A DNA stretch of 41,900 nt, from NCBI GenBank assembly GCA_032718475.1, contig JAUCBJ010003978.1:1-41900 (forward strand), read 5' to 3'. How positions within the stretch are numbered: position 1 is the first letter of the stretch; every line of letters starts with the position of its first letter. This DNA is from Nemertoderma westbladi. Lineage: Eukaryota > Animalia > Xenacoelomorpha. A program made the translations under genes and the position numbers. A model generated the notes under the pieces. The model did not search any database and was not told the origin of the DNA. It worked only from the letters and a program-made list of their open reading frames with translations. Positions 36,331 to 41,900 of this stretch are shown piece after piece.

Positions 36331-36864
36331 GATGTTAAGGTGATCTGTGACTGACAGACAGAAACAAGGTTTCAATAGTGCATCTCTTATCTAAGCTTGA
36401 TAACTTCGTGGTTCGCCCCACTCCACTACACTGCCCTGGCTTGGATCCACATAATTAATGTACAAATCATCTCCAATTGCATTAATTGCAATATAATTCA
36501 TTTAACCGGAATTTATCGCCAGATTTATTAAAATAGAGGTTCAGTAATCCAGTAAAATAATATCATAATAAAATATACAAATATACGCGAATAATTATTA
36601 TTACAGACACAAATCAATATTATTATATTACCATATAAAAATATATGTAGAAAATAAATACACACAATTAATTAATTATGCACAATATACAGGGAGAAAT
36701 AGCCGTACTGTGGCAGCCCCACATAGCCCTGCAAACATTTTACGTTAATTACGCTAATCTAACGTTAGACTTTAGTCTGTTTTAGGTTAGAAAAATAAAG
36801 TTATAAAAATAACTTAGAACAAACGTTTTCTAACGTCTTATAATCGTTTAAAAACTACATGTCT

Positions 36865-37556
36865 AAAATCAACTAAACCCAAACGTTAAACCGACGTTCA
36901 ATTTTATCATCGATTTTTAACGTTATTTTGAAACGTCTGAGATTGGTTAAATTTAATCATGAACAAAAATGACTAAACACAAACGTTAAACAGACGTTGA
37001 ATTTTAACATCAATTTTTAACGTTATTTTGAAACGTCTGACATTGGTTAAATTTAATCATGAACAAAAATGACTAAACACAAACGTTAAACAGACGTTGA
37101 ATTTTAACATCAATTTTTAACGTTATTTTGAAACGTCTGACATTGGTTAAATTTAATCATGAACAAAAATGACTAAACACAAACGTTAAACAGACGTTGA
37201 ATTTTAACATCAATTTTTAACGTTATTTTTAAACGTCTGACATTGGTTAAATTTAATCATGAACAAAAATGACTAAACACAAACGTTAAACAGACGTTGA
37301 ATTTTAACATCAATTTTTAACGTTATTTTGAAACGTCTGATGTTGGTTAAATTTAATCATGTACTGTACAAAAATCACTAAACCCAAACGTTAAACAAAC
37401 GTTGAATTTTAACATCGATTTTGAACGTTATTTTGAAACGTCAGACATTGGTTAAATTTAATCATGAACATAAATCACTAAACCCAATATTAAACAAACG
37501 TTGAAATTTAACATCGATTTTTAATGTTAATTTAAAACGTCTGACATTGGTTAAAT
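36865..37556. repeat. 100-bp tandem repeat, ~7 copies, in the EnSpm-like subterminal region
   Basis: gaacaaaaatgactaaacacaaacgtt.. at 36961, 37061, 37161 and 37261. Confidence 0.95.
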
Positions 37557-37669
37557 AGAATCATTCTTGTATTAGAAAATTGTAATTTAATTTAGTCACG
37601 TTAATATTTATTGCACCAGGTCCCCCGGAATATAGTGTTGTAATTCAGTGTCATGCAACTATCACTCAA

Positions 37670-38185
37670 GTTGTACCTTGTGGTCTTACTTTTGTACCTG
37701 GGGGGGAGGGGGTGTGGTCTTACTTTTTTCCCTGGGGGGGTCTTAATACTTTTGTACTAGGGGGTCTTACTTTTGTTCCAGGGGAGTCTTACCTTTGTAC
37801 CTGGGCCACGTGGGTCTTACGTTTGTACCTGGGGGCCTTACATTTGTACCAGGGGATCTTACTTTTGTACCAGAGGGTCTTACTTTTGTACCTTGGGGGG
37901 GGGGGGTCTTACGTTTGTACCTGGGGGGTCTTACTTTTGTACCTGGGGTGGGTCTTACGTTTGTACCTGGGGGCCTTACGTTTGTACCAGGGGGTCTTAC
38001 TTTTGTACCAGGGGGATTTACTTTTGTACCTTGGGGGGGGGGGGGGTCTTACGTTTGTACCTGGGGGGTCTTACTTTTGTACCTGGGGGATCGTACATTG
38101 TACCAGGGCGGGGAAGGGGGGGTCTTACTTTTGTAGGGTCTTTGGTCTTAAGGTGTTGGGTCTTAGGTCTTTATTTTGTACTCCC
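37670..38185. repeat. ~21-bp G-rich minisatellite
   Basis: ggggtcttacttttgtacctg units with variable G runs. Confidence 0.92.
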
Positions 38186-38382
38186 ATAATATAACTACTG
38201 TAACTGCAATATTAATTAGTTTACATGTTCTTCAATATATTATTGTGATGTGGATGTGCAATATTATTGAATTTATAACGATGCAATATTGAATATTTCT
38301 TTCAATTTTGGTATTATTTTTTTATACTGTAGTTTTGTTTATTTCTCATATTTTTGTTTATTGAAGTTTATTTAGTCAATAC

Positions 38383-39914
38383 TAGGGCTCAACAGAAGCT
38401 TCGGCTTCGGTTCGGTTCGGGCCGAAGTTTGGCAATTTCGGTTCAGTTCGGCTTCTGCAATTGATACTGCAGAAGCCCGGAGCAGACTTTGCTAAATATT
38501 CCAAGTATTACATTGACTGATTTACTGATTTAGCTAAGACCAGAAGACAGTAAGACTAATCAATCTGTCCATCGTTGTACTAATTAATTTTGGAGTGTAA
38601 ACGTTAAGCAGACACTGGTGCAGAGCAGACAGTGGTGCAGACAGTGATGCATACAGTGGTGCAGACACCTGGTGCAGACAGTGGTGCACGCACTGGTGCA
38701 GACAGTGGTGCAGACACCTGGTGCAGACAGTTGTGCAGACACTGGCAGGCTGGTGCAGACAGTGGTGCTGACACTGGTGCAGACAGTGGTGCAGGCAGTG
38801 GCAGTGGTGCAGACCCGGGTGCAGACAGTGGTGCATACACTGGTGCAGACAGTGGTGCAGACAGTGGTGCAGACACTGGTGCAGGCACCTTTTGCAGACT
38901 GGTGCAGTCTGCACTTAATTATTTTCGTACACACCTCTTATAATTATTTGTAATCAGGGCACATTCACCCGCACGCACCTCGACTTGTACTACATACGTC
39001 CTGGTCCTCCCTATTTCATGTAGAACCTTTCAGTAGTTACTCGCGTATTTGTAGATAATAAAGTCTATGATAAAATATAATATAATAGTGCCTGGTGGTA
39101 TTGTGTTTTGTGGTACTCTGGTATTTCAGTATTTTCACCAGGTGTCTGCACCACTGTCTGGACCAGTGTCTGCACCACTGTCTGCACCAGTGTCTGCACC
39201 ACTGTCTGCACGCTGCACCACTGTCTGCACCACTGGCCGCACCAGGTGTCTGCACCACTGTCTGCTTAACGTTTACACCCTTAATTTTGGACTGAACTTT
39301 CATTTAAATGGCATTATTTTTTTTATTGTTTCCAGGTTACTTGGGTAGTTTCAAAATTAGCTTAATTATACAGTAGTTTAGGTTAGGCTAAATATCAAAT
39401 ATTGCCATTTTACTTTGTAGTACCCTATTTTTTAATTAATCATAACTTTGATACGTAATACCAAATATACCTACTACCTCATATAAATAGTATTACAAAG
39501 ACTACCTGTACTTTTAGTGAGGTTTTCTAAATTTTATATCATTCCTGACTGACTGAACGGCTTACTACGGGTGAAAATGTGATGCATACAGTAAGTGCAT
39601 GCATACAGTAAGTATACAGTAGTTTAGGTTAGTAATGTACAGTAATGTAAATATTGCCATTTTAATTTGTAGTATTTATTTTTTTAATTAATCATAGCTT
39701 TCTCGCTAAGTCCTCAGACCATATAGGTACCAGTCTGCCACTGCCAGTCAACCAGTATAGTCTGATAGTGACGTAAATACGAATTTATGACCATAACTCT
39801 GTAACTTGCTAACTTTCTGAACTTCGGTTCGGATTCGGTTCGGTTCGGCCCGAAGTTGGCCCTGCTTCGGTTCGGTTCGGTTCGGCCCCATAAAGTGCCT
39901 TCTGTTGAACCCTA
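38383..39914. mobile_element. Non-autonomous hAT element
   Basis: TIR tagggctcaacagaag / cttctgttgaacccta (one mismatch). 8-bp TSD gtcaatac (38375-38382, 39915-39922). Subterminal ttcgg repeats. Confidence 0.92.
38593..39280. mobile_element. Foldback/Mutator-like MITE with 12-bp tandem-repeat arms
   Basis: Termini gagtgtaaacgttaagcagaca / tgtctgcttaacgtttacaccc. 9-bp TSD ttaattttg (38584-38592, 39281-39289). ggtgcagacagt arrays in opposite orientations. Confidence 0.88.
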
Positions 39915-41269
39915 GTCAATACTGTATATAGTACAGTACGTTATGCCGATTTATATTACCGATATACCGTAAATTTAGCTTTGAATTATTTTTTATTCCG
40001 GGCAAAATTTGTTAAATAAGTTTATTTTCGACTGCCAAGTATTTATATAAAATCGGCACTACGTTTATTCAGTGTGAGTGGCTAAATAAAATAAACACCA
40101 TTCGTTACCATCGTTAAATGATTGGTGAGGTTTGATATACTGTACAGTGTAGTTAATACAAACAATAAATTGGTTTCATTCTTCCCCCAGCGTCTGCAAA
40201 AAACGCAAGTCTAACGTTAAATGACGTCAGACTCTAAATAGTTATTAATTTCCTATAATTTAATTTTAAATTATCAATTAAATTGTTTGATAACTAATAA
40301 ATTTAAATAATTTAATCAAATGATTTATCTAACGTAGAGGCCAAATAGGTATGTGATAGTATTTTATATAAATCTAAACAAATTTCTTAGCAATTGATCA
40401 AAAGTCATCATAATTCTTCTCAGAAATAATCCGATATTTATTTTGCCTAAATGCATTGAAGGTTCCACTCCTAAGGTGTAGTAGGTGTAGTAGGTGTAGG
40501 GGCGTAGGCGTAGGCTGTGTTAGGGTTAGCCCCCCCCCCCCCCCCCCCCCAGTCCCTTGCAGGTCCACCAAGTAACTACCGCTGTGGTCCATGAAGTAAA
40601 TCTCAAACTTGATCTTTTTTATGCTTTTGAATCAAAAATAAATTATTAGTGACGTATCTTTTTAACGTATTATTGACGTATTTTTTTAACGTATTATTGA
40701 CGTATTTTTTTAACGTATTTATTTAACGTAGTAACCCCGGCCAATAATACGTTAATTTAACGTAAGGGCACGTTAAAAAATAACGTTCACAATATACGGC
40801 AGTTAACGTTATTTTCAGACATGAGTTAATTAGTATGATTTGAGTACAATTTATGTATATTTTTAACGTAGTAACCCCGGCCAATAATACGTTAATTTAA
40901 CGTAAGGGCACGTTAAAAAATAACGTTGGAATGGTAGAATATTAACGTAAATTAACGTTAAATTAACGTCAAAATGTTTGCAGGGAGATTATACAGTCTC
41001 AAAAACTTTGTTATTACGGTTGCCTAGCAACCCTAGAGAGTAACGTATTGTGTTATTAGGTCGACCTACAGAATGGTACGACGGTACTGCAGTATGCCTT
41101 CAGCAAAGACTCGAACTTGAGTTTTGATAAGTTTTCATTTCGTGGCTAGACGCCATCACTACATTGGTGACCCAGCGTCTCAAGACGAACTCTTGAGACC
41201 GCGACTCGCAACACGATCCTGCAATCGAACTGGAACAGCCACCGACAGACCGAAACTGTGTTGACGACA

Positions 41270-41899
41270 ATGGCCGAAGCGACCGCCAATGCCGTTTCTA
41301 TTAAACTGCCTCCGTTCTGGACCACCCAACCCGAGGTGTGGTTCGCCCAGGCGGAGGCACAGTTCCACATTCGCAGCATCACCGAGGACGCTACAAAATA
41401 CTATTACGTGGTGGGGGCCCTCGACCAGGAGATAGCCGCTCGCCTCCTAAAACCCATCCGGAACCCTCCCGCTACTGAGAAGTACCTCAAACTCAAGGGC
41501 CAACTTCTCAAGGCCTTCGGGCTCTCCCGACGCGAGCGCGCAGCCCGACTCTGGGACCTCGACGGCCTCGGTGACCGGCGCCCCTCGCAACTCCTCGGAG
41601 AAATGCAGGCGCTCCTCGGCGACGACAACGCGGGACCCCTCTTCGAGGAGGCCTTCCTCCGGCAGATGCCCGCCGCAATCCGCCTCCAACTCGCGGAGGA
41701 GGACTTCCGCGACCTCGACAGGGTTGCGGACCGGGCGGACGCGCTGTGGGAGGCCTCCCGGCAGACCCCACTCGCGGCCCACGCCGTCACAAACCCGACG
41801 CCGGTCCCACCGCAGCGAACCGGCAAGAACTCCTCGTCGGCGTCGACTCCCGCCCCGCGGGCCCCGAACTCGAACCCGGACTGGTGCTATTATCACCAG
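41270..41899 (+). CDS. Ty3/Gypsy Gag, open to the window end
   Basis: MAEATANAVSIKLPPFWTTQPEVWFAQAEAQF..TKYYYVV..LGDRRPSQLL..FLRQMP..WCYYH, downstream of the PBS. Absent from the ORF track because it has no stop in the window. Confidence 0.93.
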   Translation, partial: MAEATANAVSIKLPPFWTTQPEVWFAQAEAQFHIRSITEDATKYYYVVGALDQEIAARLLKPIRNPPATEKYLKLKGQLLKAFGLSRRERAARLWDLDGLGDRRPSQLLGEMQALLGDDNAGPLFEEAFLRQMPAAIRLQLAEEDFRDLDRVADRADALWEASRQTPLAAHAVTNPTPVPPQRTGKNSSSASTPAPRAPNSNPDWCYYHQ

Positions 41900-41900
41900 A

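Larger units (their letters stand above)
36727..40985. mobile_element. Non-autonomous EnSpm/CACTA-like element
   Basis: TIR ccctgcaaacatttt / aaaatgtttgcaggg. 2-bp TSD AG (36725-36726, 40986-40987). Dense aacgtt subterminal motifs at both ends. Confidence 0.85.
36709..41163 (+). mobile_element. Putative 5' LTR of Gypsy #2 (36709-36726 + 40988-41163), split by an insertion
   Basis: TGTGGCAGCC.. lies just left of the insertion. ..ACTACA (41163) is followed by PBS TGGTGACCC (41165) and gag. The LTR start is inferred. Confidence 0.55.

Noticed and set aside
37712-39348. Multiple ORFs (GGLTFVP, CLHH, APLS, VQTV repeats)
   Set aside because: These are translations of 21- and 12-bp minisatellites, open in several frames on both strands.
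41146-41896. Minus-strand Arg/Gly-rich ORFs
   Set aside because: Shadows of the GC-rich gag on the plus strand.

Overview
This is eukaryotic DNA, most likely from an invertebrate animal, and it consists almost entirely of transposable elements and satellites. I recognise no housekeeping gene, rRNA or CRISPR array. It holds four distinct piggyBac-family transposase relics (one with a GT-AG intron and a long insertion in the catalytic core). Also present are a BEL/Pao relic whose RT/RNase H is replaced by a 52-bp satellite, two Ty3/Gypsy elements, a 5'-truncated LINE with a 14-bp TSD, and Penelope, RTE-like and tyrosine-recombinase-like fragments. Two deep nests of non-autonomous DNA transposons have readable TIRs and TSDs (19-bp satellite > EnSpm-like > Sola-like; Gypsy LTR > EnSpm-like > hAT > MULE-like). 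The most unusual signals are: a two-helix hydrophobic segment inserted in frame between Gypsy protease and RT; a 57-bp minisatellite apparently seeded from a piggyBac coding sequence; a Tc1-type excision footprint amplified inside a satellite; and a spliced three-exon gene of unknown family with a Cys cluster. All calls are by eye and no database searches were run.
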